DNA of 64,000 bases from positions 21,023-85,022 of the IMG/VR virus record IMGVR_UViG_3300036771_000101; one strand, written 5' to 3'. Source of the DNA: a virus. The notes under the pieces were generated by a model that saw nothing but the letters and a program-made list of their open reading frames with translations, did no database searches and was not told the origin of the DNA. A program made the position numbers and the translations under genes. Positions 28,940-37,895 of the stretch are shown here, piece after piece. Within the stretch, counting starts at the first letter, position 1; every line of letters starts with the position of its first letter.

Positions 28940-29332
28940 ATGGGCGTTGGGGTTGTCCTCGCCAACTCGGTTCTCACCTACATCCTGAAAAGTGGCAGCA
29001 TTTCGTGCTACGTGTCGCTGCACACGGATGAGCCGCAGCCGTTGATCGCGACACCGGATCTGCATGAGGTGACCGGTTCGGCGTATGCACGGGAGCCGCT
29101 TACTGGAACGGACTGGGCAGCGGCGGCTGATGGGATGATCGAGACGGATAACGCGGTGACGTTCCCACCCGCCGGGGCGTCTTGGGGAACTGTGACGCAT
29201 GTCGGGATCTACGACGCTTTGACTAGCGGGAATCTGCTGTGGTGGGGGCCGCTTGCTACACCGAGAGCGGTGAGCTCTGGCGACACGATCAGTTTCCCGG
29301 TGGGGAACCTGTCGGGGCGGGTGCCTCAGTGA
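28940..29332 (+). CDS. Small virion/tail-fibre-associated beta protein (paralogue 2)
   Basis: YVSLHT...EVTGSAYAR...N.VTFP.A..SWGTVTH.GIYDALTSGNLL. Confidence 0.75.
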   Translation: MGVGVVLANSVLTYILKSGSISCYVSLHTDEPQPLIATPDLHEVTGSAYAREPLTGTDWAAAADGMIETDNAVTFPPAGASWGTVTHVGIYDALTSGNLLWWGPLATPRAVSSGDTISFPVGNLSGRVPQ

Positions 29333-29712
29333 GCGACAATCTCAGCGACTACCTGGAGAACGCTCTCCTCAACGCTGTGTTGCGAGCGACGAGCTACACG
29401 TCCCCCACGACTGTTTATCTGGCGCTGTTCACGACTCCAACATCGGACGCTGCACCAGGCACCGAGGTTTCTGGAGGAAGCTACGCTCGGCAGGCAGTGA
29501 CGTTCGCTGCTCCAAGCGGGGGTCTCGCCTCGAACTCTGGGGTTATCACGTTCAGCAACATGCCCGCCTGCACGATCACGCATTCGGCGATCATGGACGC
29601 TCTCACTGGCGGGAACATGCTGTTCCAGGGATCGTTGCCTTCGGCGCGAACGTTGGCCGTGGCTGATTCGGTGACGTTCGCGGTCGGTTCGATCACGGCG
29701 ACTTTGGCGTAG
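29329..29712 (+). CDS. Small virion/tail-fibre-associated beta protein (paralogue 3)
   Basis: LSDYLENALLN...YLALFT...EVSGGSYARQAVTF...IMDALTGGNML; GTGA coupling. Confidence 0.78.
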   Translation: MSDNLSDYLENALLNAVLRATSYTSPTTVYLALFTTPTSDAAPGTEVSGGSYARQAVTFAAPSGGLASNSGVITFSNMPACTITHSAIMDALTGGNMLFQGSLPSARTLAVADSVTFAVGSITATLA

Positions 29713-29720
29713 GAGGCAGA

Positions 29721-30128
29721 GTGGGGAGCGCATCTGATACCTACGAGAACAACCTCCTGAATGCCATCCTGGGTGCAGGCTTCACCAAGGACGCCACCGT
29801 GTATGTGGCGCTCTGCACGTCCGCTCCGACGGACTCGGCGCTCGGAACGGAACCGAGTGGGAACGGCTATGCCAGAGCAGTCGTCCCGAACAACGCAACG
29901 AACTGGCCCACTGCTGCAGGGGGGCAGAAGAGCAATGGTGCGGCGATCGCGTTTCCTATGGCGACGGGAAGCTGGGGCACGGTGACGCACTGGATGCTGA
30001 TGAACCATGCGACAGCTACAGCAGCGTCGAACATGATTGCCTGGGGAGTGCTTGGTTCGTCGTTGGCGGTGGCGAACTTTGACGTGCCGCAGTTCGGGAT
30101 TAACGCGCTTGTGCTGACAATGGACTGA
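29721..30128 (+). CDS. Small virion/tail-fibre-associated beta protein (paralogue 4)
   Basis: SDTYENNLLN...YVALCT...EPSGNGYAR...IAFPMATGSWGTVTH. Confidence 0.78.
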   Translation: MGSASDTYENNLLNAILGAGFTKDATVYVALCTSAPTDSALGTEPSGNGYARAVVPNNATNWPTAAGGQKSNGAAIAFPMATGSWGTVTHWMLMNHATATAASNMIAWGVLGSSLAVANFDVPQFGINALVLTMD

Positions 30129-30129
30129 G

Positions 30130-32865
30130 ATGCCGACCTACACGATCTATGCCGATTCGACTTCTGGCTGGATGTACCAGACGGGGGCGAATCCCGGCGC
30201 GAGCCCGATCTACTGCGGTTACGACACGACGCCGAATTTTTATCAGCTTGGGCTCGCATTCGATACGTCGAGCGTGGTGGGGACCGTTACTTCGGTGACG
30301 CTTTCACTTCGAGGCACCAACAACAGCTTGTCGACGGTGTTGGCGTTCGAGGCTCGACTGTACGACTGGGGCTCAACGCTTACGACAGCTGATTGGCAGT
30401 CAGGCAGCGCATTCGGTGCTCTTCCGCTTCTGGCGACGTTCGGTTCAGGGTCGGTTTCTTTCAGTACGCTGGATGCTTGGTCTAGTCAGAGCGCGTTTTT
30501 GACGAGCATCAACCAGTCTGGATTCACTCGCATGGTCGTTTCAACCGCTGCTCAGCGGTTGGGGACACAATCAGGGGTCAGCTACATCGGGTTCTACCCA
30601 CCGGCGAATGGTGCAGGGTACGCTCCGCAGCTTGTCATCACGACGACGGTCTCCGTGACCAGATCGATCACGGGCCAAGCCGACATGGCGATGTCAACGT
30701 CGGGGACAGCCGCTACGACGTACGTCGCCTTCTCTGGGGACAGTGGGTACAGCGCTTACTCGCGTCGTGTTTCCGGTTCGGTGTGGGAAGAAATCGCCGT
30801 TCCGATGCCTTCCGGTGGGCGTTGGGAGCTCGGAGTGGGGGCGGTAGGAGGGAAGCTCTACGCTTTGGGTGGCTGGAGTGTTGGCAATGCGTTCATCTCA
30901 GGGAAGCTGGTCGAAGCGTACGACCCAACGCTGAACGTGTGGACAGCCAAAGCGAACCTGCCAGAGGCGCGCACTGGCGGTGGCGTAGCAGTTGTCGGGT
31001 CCTATCTGTACTACGTCGGTGGGTATCAGCCGGTCAGCAATAACCCGCACACGAATCTGTGGCGATACGACCCTGCGGCGAACACCTGGGCAACGCTGGC
31101 GGCGATCACGCCTGCACCGGCCAACTATCTGACCGTCGCCATCGGTGATCCGGTGCACAACAAGCTGTACTGCTGCGAGAACGAATCCACCACGCTTTAC
31201 ATCTACGACATTGCAACGGACGCGTGGTCGACGGCGACGAAACCGACGATGCTCATCCCGATGGGTACGTGGCACTCCAATGGGAAGGCGTACTTCTTCA
31301 CTCTGGTCGCTTGGACTTCCGCTCCGAACTCTCTGTATGAGTACGATCCGGTGGCAGCAACGTTCACAGCGAAGGCCACCGATCCCAATCGCTATGCCTG
31401 CGCCATGTTCTCCTTCGATGGTCAGGTATGGGTGGCTGGGGGCTTCACGGTCACCGGTCCCGATCTGTCGCAGGCTGTTCATTCGTTTGATCCGGCGACG
31501 AACACGTGGACCGTCCGAGACGACTTGACTCGCCCTCGTACATCCTTCAATGGGGATGTACTCGATGGACATCCGGTTGTGGCTGGCGGCTTCACCCCAA
31601 GCGCGCCGTACCCGACTTACGCTATCAGTTCAGCCGAACGGTACGCCCTGCCGCAGGATTCCAGCTGCGAGTTCGAGCTCGACCTTGATCCGTTCTACCC
31701 GATGAAACTCATGAAGGGCACGTTCGACTTCGAACTCGACGTCGATGGCGATACGCGGATCGATCCGCAGCGAATGAACCCTGGGTTCGTGCACATCGGG
31801 CACCGACCGGTTGGGTATCGAGATCGCACCTACTTCCACGTCGTGGCGAGCAGCGATCTGCCGCTCCCAGCCGCCGATGCTTCTGACATCTGGGTTGATG
31901 GCGGGACGCAGGACCGAGCGCCGGTCTGGCTTGACGAGTTCGCCTACACCACGAGCGCTGATGGACGCTACTTGTACATCATCTCGGGCTACTGGTGGGG
32001 CAACTCCTACACGTGGGAGCAGTGGTGGTCGAACCGCCTGTACCGCTGGGACGCTCACGATCTCACGTGGACGGAAATGGCGCATCTCCCGGGTTACGTC
32101 GGTTCGGAAGGCTGCGTCGGCGGTCGGATCGGCGACAAGATCTACGTGTTGATGGCCGACACCGGAGACGACGACGTGCAACCGTTCGGGGTTGGCGGTG
32201 ACGCTCCCGACCCGGAATGGCTGGGTGGTGGCACAGATCAGCTGCAATCGATGTGGGTGTACGACATCACGGGGGATTCGTGGTCACGAGGAACCCAGCC
32301 GCCGTTTGCTCAGGACTACGGAGGTTGCGCGGTTCTCGACGGGAAGCTCTACGCCGCGCCGCAGTGGGATGGGGTGATTCCCGGTGAGTCTCCGGCGTTC
32401 TACGTCTACGACCCGGTAGCTGACACGTGGACGCAGCTAGCTGATCTGATCGATCAGATAGACGACACGCCTGCGATGTGGGGTGCAGACGGAAAGATCT
32501 GGCTGGTCAGCCGGATCTGGAACGTCTGGAACGTCATCGTCTGGTCTTACGATCCGGGAACTGACGCGTGGACTGATGAAACAGCGAACTTCCCTGGGGC
32601 GACAGACGTGCTGCCGGGGTATGCACCGGCGGTGCTGATCGTTTCCCCAACGGTCGTTCGGCTTGTCGGTGGCGGCGGGGGGAGCGGTCCTTTGGCTGAT
32701 GATCGAACGACTCTTGAGATCGACGTTGTCGCCAAGACAGTGACAGATCTGAACATTCACATGTTGTTCGGGGATAGCTACTTCGGGGGCACCTACTACA
32801 ACGGCAAGATGTTCGTCGTGGTGGCTGACGACGACTCGAACTCAACCAACGTGGAGACGGACTAG
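30130..32865 (+). CDS. Kelch-repeat virion/receptor-binding protein (two propellers)
   Basis: Kelch motifs GKLYALGG...EAYDPTLNVW, YLYYVGG...WRYDPAANTW, VWVAGG...SFDPATNTW; a second set after about aa 600. Confidence 0.85.
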   Translation: MPTYTIYADSTSGWMYQTGANPGASPIYCGYDTTPNFYQLGLAFDTSSVVGTVTSVTLSLRGTNNSLSTVLAFEARLYDWGSTLTTADWQSGSAFGALPLLATFGSGSVSFSTLDAWSSQSAFLTSINQSGFTRMVVSTAAQRLGTQSGVSYIGFYPPANGAGYAPQLVITTTVSVTRSITGQADMAMSTSGTAATTYVAFSGDSGYSAYSRRVSGSVWEEIAVPMPSGGRWELGVGAVGGKLYALGGWSVGNAFISGKLVEAYDPTLNVWTAKANLPEARTGGGVAVVGSYLYYVGGYQPVSNNPHTNLWRYDPAANTWATLAAITPAPANYLTVAIGDPVHNKLYCCENESTTLYIYDIATDAWSTATKPTMLIPMGTWHSNGKAYFFTLVAWTSAPNSLYEYDPVAATFTAKATDPNRYACAMFSFDGQVWVAGGFTVTGPDLSQAVHSFDPATNTWTVRDDLTRPRTSFNGDVLDGHPVVAGGFTPSAPYPTYAISSAERYALPQDSSCEFELDLDPFYPMKLMKGTFDFELDVDGDTRIDPQRMNPGFVHIGHRPVGYRDRTYFHVVASSDLPLPAADASDIWVDGGTQDRAPVWLDEFAYTTSADGRYLYIISGYWWGNSYTWEQWWSNRLYRWDAHDLTWTEMAHLPGYVGSEGCVGGRIGDKIYVLMADTGDDDVQPFGVGGDAPDPEWLGGGTDQLQSMWVYDITGDSWSRGTQPPFAQDYGGCAVLDGKLYAAPQWDGVIPGESPAFYVYDPVADTWTQLADLIDQIDDTPAMWGADGKIWLVSRIWNVWNVIVWSYDPGTDAWTDETANFPGATDVLPGYAPAVLIVSPTVVRLVGGGGGSGPLADDRTTLEIDVVAKTVTDLNIHMLFGDSYFGGTYYNGKMFVVVADDDSNSTNVETD

Positions 32866-32910
32866 GCGGGCGGGGAGCTCTGGCTGGGGATCAGAGCTCC
32901 ACCAGCCCGC
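32866..32910. terminator. GC-rich hairpin between convergent gene blocks
   Basis: GCGGGC-GG-GGAGCTCTG...CAGAGCTCC-A-CC-A-GCCCGC immediately after the Kelch gene TAG. Confidence 0.6.
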
Positions 32911-32919
32911 GCTTGAAGT

Positions 32920-33129
32920 CTACTGGGGCAGCCCCAGCTGTTTTGAGAGGGCAGTCATGTCGTCTAGTTCCTTGGCGATGTTGACGACGGCCACGTTGGC
33001 TTTCCGTAGGAGATCGACGCGGTGGAAGAGGCTGGGTTGACGCATGGCGCGTTCTACGACCGTGGCGTGCCATCGGTCGATGGCGACTCTGATGATGGCG
33101 ACTTCTTCCGGGTCAGGATCAGGTTTCAT
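32920..33129 (-). CDS. Hypothetical protein
   Basis: Last gene of a tightly packed minus-strand run. Confidence 0.5.
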   Translation of the reverse strand: MKPDPDPEEVAIIRVAIDRWHATVVERAMRQPSLFHRVDLLRKANVAVVNIAKELDDMTALSKQLGLPQ

Positions 33130-33301
33130 CGAGGTCGATCTCGGTGGGTCCGGAGAGCACGAACTGGAACTTGCATTTGTGGTCGTCTCCTTCGCCGTGT
33201 CCTCTGCACACGGCGAAGGAGACCCGGTCGGCGATGAGCTCGGCGTCGGCGCGGCTGATCGCTTCGAACGTGACGTGCAGGTCGAACCAGGGCCGCGCCA
33301 T
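33119..33301 (-). CDS. Hypothetical protein
   Basis: MARPWFDLHV...; TGATG coupling. Confidence 0.55.
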   Translation of the reverse strand: MARPWFDLHVTFEAISRADAELIADRVSFAVCRGHGEGDDHKCKFQFVLSGPTEIDLDET

Positions 33302-33480
33302 CAGACCTCTTCTTCGACCTTCCGGAAGGCGGGGGTGGTGACGATCTGGTGAGTGTGGCCTTTCTCGGTGTAGTCGTGGGCGTGCCACACCTCAGAGAAC
33401 ATGGGGAGGTCGGCGCCGTCGAGAGTGAGCCGGTGATAGTGGTAGTTGGGATCCTCGGTGAGATCAGTTGCTCTCGCCAT
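33301..33480 (-). CDS. Hypothetical protein
   Basis: MARATDLTEDPNY...; TGATG coupling. Confidence 0.55.
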   Translation of the reverse strand: MARATDLTEDPNYHYHRLTLDGADLPMFSEVWHAHDYTEKGHTHQIVTTPAFRKVEEEV

Positions 33481-33710
33481 CAGCCTTCTCTTCGCAGATC
33501 GGCCATGGGTTTCCGGTCCCCGTGGGCGCGGGCGGTGACGGCCACGCTGAGGTTGACGAGGAACCATCCGAGATCTTCGGCTTGTTCGGGAGTGAGGTGG
33601 GTGACTGTGTCGCCGATAGCGACACGGATATCCACCTTCTCCGGAACCGACACGACCATTTCGGGATGGCCTCCGATCCCCCGAGTCTTGAACTTCGGAT
33701 CCGACTTCAC
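33480..33710 (-). CDS. Hypothetical protein
   Basis: 76 aa, coupled on both sides. Confidence 0.55.
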   Translation of the reverse strand: MKSDPKFKTRGIGGHPEMVVSVPEKVDIRVAIGDTVTHLTPEQAEDLGWFLVNLSVAVTARAHGDRKPMADLRREG

Positions 33711-34132
33711 GAAGTTTCCTGATCGGCCTGCAGCAACTCCGCTACTCGTTGTTTGATCTCCGGTATGTCGCTGGAGATACCGAGCGGTATGCCGTACTTG
33801 AGTTTTGCCTTGACAGTGGTGGCTGTCTGCTGAGCGATCGTTTCGAAGAAGGTGTCGTCATCTTCGGCTTCGTCGTAGAAGTCGCCCCACTGTTCCGGGT
33901 CTGTCGCCGTGGCGTCGCTGACGACGTGGATGGCGGGGTAGCCGCCGTGCATGTCGGCTTCAGTGTCGAACCAGGCGGCGACACGGCTGTTGCAAGGGCC
34001 GTACCAGCCCGTTTCGATATCGCCCTCTAACCAGGCGTTGGCGGCGTCGGCGTCCGCGAATGGACCGATGATGTCGGGTTCCAGGACGCCATTCTTCTCT
34101 TCGGTCCCGATGAGAATGACGTACGCGCTCAT
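33707..34132 (-). CDS. Acidic hypothetical protein
   Basis: 141 aa, IIGPFADADAANAW; coupled. Confidence 0.65.
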   Translation of the reverse strand: MSAYVILIGTEEKNGVLEPDIIGPFADADAANAWLEGDIETGWYGPCNSRVAAWFDTEADMHGGYPAIHVVSDATATDPEQWGDFYDEAEDDDTFFETIAQQTATTVKAKLKYGIPLGISSDIPEIKQRVAELLQADQETS

Positions 34133-34428
34133 CAGTTCAGTCCATTCCGATGGGTGATGAACTCGGACTTAGCGAAACGGTACTCGGAGATTACGGCGAC
34201 AGACGCCTGCTCGGCGGTCTGGTTGAACACGATCGGTTCGCCGTCGACCCACAGGTCGTAGCCGTCAACGGCGTAGACGACTTCGGTGGGGCCGTACGAC
34301 TGGGACGGCTGGTGGTAGGCGGTCAGCACGGGCATGTCGCGTTCGATCGTCACGCAGTTACACTGCGCGGCGACCACGATCTTGGCGACAGCAGCGAGAC
34401 CGGCGATCTGCTCTTCAGCGGTACGCAT
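34132..34428 (-). CDS. Hypothetical protein
   Basis: MRTAEEQIAGL... starts just after the terminator hairpin; AGGA SD. Confidence 0.55.
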   Translation of the reverse strand: MRTAEEQIAGLAAVAKIVVAAQCNCVTIERDMPVLTAYHQPSQSYGPTEVVYAVDGYDLWVDGEPIVFNQTAEQASVAVISEYRFAKSEFITHRNGLN

Positions 34429-34450
34429 CCTGATCCTTTCAGGCAGAGGG

Positions 34451-34487
34451 TAAAGTGGGGCTGGAGATCTGACCTCCAGCCCCACTT
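34451..34487 (-). terminator. Intrinsic terminator-like hairpin
   Basis: Perfect 14-bp stem AAGTGGGGCTGGAG/CTCCAGCCCCACTT just downstream of the stop at 34495. Confidence 0.7.
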
Positions 34488-34494
34488 GTAGCTG

Positions 34495-34920
34495 TTAGGG
34501 ACGGTTGGCGATACGGTCCAGACGGTCAGCCATCTGACCGAGGTCGTAGGCGATGTCGTCCAGAGTCACGTCGGGGACTCCACCGCTACCGAGCTTGATG
34601 GCGGCGGAGGCCACGATGTTGCGGAGGCGACGGACGCCCTTGATGATGGGCTTCAGCCGGGTTCTCCGGTAACCGTGGATCTCAGCAGCCGTGGTAGCCA
34701 GGTAGTAGATGCCGTTCCGGCAGGTGACGAGGTCACCCCGGTCACGCGCTTCGGCGAGACCGGCGTTGATGCTGACGGAACCGTATCCCGTCAGTTCCTC
34801 GAACTCGCGCATCGTCTTCGGACCAGGCGAAGCTGTTCTGACACGCCCACCGTAAGATGCGACGGTGCCCCCTTCGAGGCAGGTCACGATCCGGTCGGCC
34901 ATGCGGGTCTTCCAACTCAT
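34495..34920 (-). CDS. Winged-helix-like protein resembling the Streptomyces 'RacP' family
   Basis: KTMREFEELTGYGSVSINAGLAEARD...RNGIYYL...EIHGYRR; similarity recalled from memory, not searched. Confidence 0.5.
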   Translation of the reverse strand: MSWKTRMADRIVTCLEGGTVASYGGRVRTASPGPKTMREFEELTGYGSVSINAGLAEARDRGDLVTCRNGIYYLATTAAEIHGYRRTRLKPIIKGVRRLRNIVASAAIKLGSGGVPDVTLDDIAYDLGQMADRLDRIANRP

Positions 34921-34923
34921 GAG

Positions 34924-35793
34924 TTACACACCCCCTTCCCGCAACATGTCCTCGAAGGCGTCGGCGAAGCTGCCGCCTTCGGACCAGGACCGGACGAACC
35001 CGAGCTTCTGCTCGATCCGGTCGACGGTGGTGAGAATCTCGGCCTTGTTGCGGTTGGTGGCCGCGACGCGAGAGAGGAGCTCGATGGCTTCGTTGATCTT
35101 GTCCTCGGCCTGGTCGAGACGAACGGCGGCGGTGTTGAGCTCGTCAGCTTCGACCAGCCCCGGTGCCGCGTCGCGCTCCCGCTCCTCGCGGTCGTAACGG
35201 TCGTTGCGGCCCACGACGCCGTAGGCGGCGGAGATACCCTTCCGCATCGGCTCGTTTTCCACGAGACCGCGGGCGACGTTGGGGTCACCGGCGATGTCGG
35301 GGTCCTTCGAGTACTCCAGGAAATCGGCCCGCTTCTCCTCCGCGGTCATGAGCTTGCGGCTGGGGCGGCGAGCGGGAGCTTTCCCGACGAAGGCCCGGAT
35401 GTCGTTGACGACGAGGGTGCGCTTGTGCTGCTTCTTCAGCTGGGTCCACACGGCGAGGCGTTCGTTCTCCTCGGTGTGCTGAACGAGCTCCTTGCAGAAG
35501 CTGTAGCTCTCGGGGAGCTCCATGATCTGGTCGCGGAGCTTGGCGGGGAGTCCGCCGACGGTGATGCGCCGCTCGGCGAGCTCGTCGGTGGGGAGCCCCG
35601 CTTCCTGGGCCAGCGCGTGAACGAGCCGCTGGGCCTCTCCGGGGTCGGTGTCCATCGGGATCTCCGCCAGGGCGATCTGCCCCTGGAACTTGCTGTTGTC
35701 GGAGACCACCTTCTTCGAGCGCTTGATGACGCCCTGGAGTTGCCCCAGCGCGACTACCCGCTGGGCGTGGGTTTTCGGGACGACGTACTGCAC
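34924..35793 (-). CDS. DUF6192-like helical protein
   Basis: GQIALAEIPM, LAQEAGL, SYSFCKEL, TAEEKR, C-terminal FADAFEDMLREG; AAGGAG SD and its own promoter. Confidence 0.55.
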   Translation of the reverse strand: MQYVVPKTHAQRVVALGQLQGVIKRSKKVVSDNSKFQGQIALAEIPMDTDPGEAQRLVHALAQEAGLPTDELAERRITVGGLPAKLRDQIMELPESYSFCKELVQHTEENERLAVWTQLKKQHKRTLVVNDIRAFVGKAPARRPSRKLMTAEEKRADFLEYSKDPDIAGDPNVARGLVENEPMRKGISAAYGVVGRNDRYDREERERDAAPGLVEADELNTAAVRLDQAEDKINEAIELLSRVAATNRNKAEILTTVDRIEQKLGFVRSWSEGGSFADAFEDMLREGGV

Positions 35794-35826
35794 GATGCTC
35801 CTTTCGGTTCTGGTCGGTCGAAGGCC

Positions 35827-35855
35827 ACTCTACGAACGACCACCGAGGGTGTCAA
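35827..35855 (-). promoter_or_regulatory. SigA-like promoter
   Basis: Minus strand TTGACA-17 nt-TAGAGT upstream of the gene starting at 35793. Confidence 0.7.
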
Positions 35856-35988
35856 GAGGGACCCTTGAGGGGGGACAGTTTTGTGGCGAAAAGTGCCTTC
35901 TGTACACGCAAGACTTCACTTTGTGACTCTTGCATAGCCTCACAAGGATCCTTAGAGTGGCACTCAACGATGATTCGAAAAACATCTT

Positions 35989-36504
35989 TTGAAAACGAGG
36001 CTCAGAATGTTCTCCTACAACGAACGTCTTTCTGACGACGGACGAACGCTGCTCATCGACGTGCAGATTCCACTGGAGATGAGACCAACGTGGAGATCTG
36101 TCGTAACGGCCTTCCTCCAGTCCGATCGCGAACTCGACTACCGCATCGCAGTAGTGAGGCAGACCTATCTGTCCTGGGTGGCGGAGGACGAGCCCCTCGC
36201 GCAGGAGCTCGTGGAGAACATCACAACATCTTCCCGGCGGGCGCTGTGGCTTTTGGCGCGCCGGGCTGACACCTGGGTGCAGATGGATGATCTTGTGCGG
36301 GAGATGGGTCTGTCGTCGCAGGCGGCGTTGTCGGGGGCGTTGTCGTGGCCGTCCCGGCATGCTCGGAGGCTTGGTCGGAAGCACCCGGTAACGCGGCAGC
36401 GAGAGCGGGTGATGATGAAGGGAGAGGTGGCGGTTCTATTCCTCCCGGCGTTGGAGAGGGTGCTTGATAGACAAGAGCTCCCGGCTCTGGGACCTGTCCC
36501 TTGA
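35989..36504 (+). CDS. DUF6416-like wHTH protein (paralogue 1; start may be ATG 36007)
   Basis: DLVREMGLSSQAALSGALSWPSRHARRLGRKHP. Confidence 0.55.
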   Translation: MKTRLRMFSYNERLSDDGRTLLIDVQIPLEMRPTWRSVVTAFLQSDRELDYRIAVVRQTYLSWVAEDEPLAQELVENITTSSRRALWLLARRADTWVQMDDLVREMGLSSQAALSGALSWPSRHARRLGRKHPVTRQRERVMMKGEVAVLFLPALERVLDRQELPALGPVP

Positions 36505-36529
36505 CATACCTCTGAGATAGGTCCAGACT
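36501..36529 (+). promoter_or_regulatory. SigA-like promoter
   Basis: TTGACA-17 nt-CAGACT before the second DUF6416-like gene. Confidence 0.5.
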
Positions 36530-36544
36530 GGGTACTGACATAGG

Positions 36545-37081
36545 TTGCCCTCTGCCACGAGGAGGATCATGGAACTCGTCCACGTCTCCGGCGCGGTCCC
36601 GCAGGACCGTCTCGCCGACTACTACAGGATGCTCGCCGACCTCAACGCTCCCGCGGTTCATCCCGCTCTGGCTGGACCGGCAGTTGCTCTCGCTGATCTC
36701 CTCAACGAGGGTGGCCCGGTCAGGGAGTACTGGCGGCGGCTCAGCCCCCACGCCAAGAACATCCACACGCTCCTCGCGCTCAACCCGAAGAAGCGGTACG
36801 ACGGGCAAGAGCTCGCCGACAAGCTCCAGATCCCCAACGGTCGTTCCGGTGTGGCGGGGGCGTGGGCGTGGCCCGGCCGACACGCCAAGGAACTCGGCAT
36901 GGAATACCCGTGGTCGTGGCACTCCGACGGAGTCGAGACGTCCTACTGGTTCGAGGAAGCCGAAGCGGAGATGTTCCGGCCGTACGCCGAGAAGTGGCTG
37001 TCTTCCACTGAGTGGCAGAACCTCGAAGCGGAGTGCTGGCTCGGGGCGCCGTCTCGGCACGACATAATCGCTGCACAGTGA
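36545..37081 (+). CDS. DUF6416-like wHTH protein (paralogue 2; start may be ATG 36569)
   Basis: ELADKLQIPNGRSGVAGAWAWPGRHAKELGMEYPWSW...SYWF; AGGAGG lies before ATG 36569. Confidence 0.65.
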   Translation: MPSATRRIMELVHVSGAVPQDRLADYYRMLADLNAPAVHPALAGPAVALADLLNEGGPVREYWRRLSPHAKNIHTLLALNPKKRYDGQELADKLQIPNGRSGVAGAWAWPGRHAKELGMEYPWSWHSDGVETSYWFEEAEAEMFRPYAEKWLSSTEWQNLEAECWLGAPSRHDIIAAQ

Positions 37082-37128
37082 CGTAGACTACGGAAGCGCT
37101 AGGAGGATGCTCACTGCGTCCGACCTAC

Positions 37129-37169
37129 AAGGACCCCTGGGACGCACACTCCCAGGGGTCCTTCGTTTT
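37129..37169 (+). terminator. Intrinsic terminator
   Basis: AAGGACCCCTGGGA-loop-TCCCAGGGGTCCTT followed by CGTTTT, between convergent genes. Confidence 0.8.
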
Positions 37170-37395
37170 ACCCCTCGGCGGGAGGGTCGGTGGGCGTTGC
37201 GGGAGCCGGATCAGGGGCAGGTTCCGGGTCGGCCGGAGCAGGCTCGGGTTCCGGTGCGGGAGCGGGAGGCTCCGGAGCCGGAGGAACGTCGGTGGGAGCA
37301 TCGCCCGCGGGTTCCTCCACGACGATGGTCTCCTCGATGATCTCCTCGACTACTTCCCCCTCGGGCTCATCGGAGGGGTCCTGAACGTCGGTCAT
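37168..37395 (-). CDS. Highly acidic Pro/Glu-rich disordered protein
   Basis: AAGGAG SD before ATG 37395; MTDVQDPSDEPEGEVVEEIIEE...PAPEPEPAP; contains no Lys or Arg. Confidence 0.6.
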   Translation of the reverse strand: MTDVQDPSDEPEGEVVEEIIEETIVVEEPAGDAPTDVPPAPEPPAPAPEPEPAPADPEPAPDPAPATPTDPPAEG

Positions 37396-37406
37396 CAGAT
37401 CTCCTT

Positions 37407-37694
37407 CTAGGGATTGGGATTGATCGTGTGGGTATGGCTGGACGAGCTCCACGTCGTCGGCCAACCACTCGCCGTCACTGCTGTTTGTCCGCCGATCGCT
37501 ATCGCGTTCGTCCCGGAACCGGGCGAGTGATGGGCGCCGATTGCCACCGAGTACACCGGGTTCGCCGACCCCATCGCGTACACCGGCTGCGAGGTCTGCA
37601 GCGGCTCCGGGAACGGCAGGTAGTGCTCCGGGTCCTCCCGTAACGCCCGTTCCATCGCCCGGATTTTCTTGTCGATGTCGTCTTGTTTCCGCAC
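37407..37694 (-). CDS. Hypothetical protein
   Basis: AGGAGG SD before GTG 37694; MRKQDDIDKKIRAMERAL. Confidence 0.55.
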   Translation of the reverse strand: MRKQDDIDKKIRAMERALREDPEHYLPFPEPLQTSQPVYAMGSANPVYSVAIGAHHSPGSGTNAIAIGGQTAVTASGWPTTWSSSSHTHTINPNP

Positions 37695-37895
37695 CGGCTA
37701 CCTCCTCATCGAACGGTTCAAGGTCAAGCAGCGGGATCCACTCGGTGACCGGTCGCCGGTCACTGGTCCCCCAGTGCACCAGGGCCGCACCATCCTCGGA
37801 AACCTCCAGAACGATCGCGCACTGGGGGAGCCCGATGCGGTGTACCCGATCCTGCGGTTGAATGCTCATACTGGCCCTCTCATCGACAGATCAAC

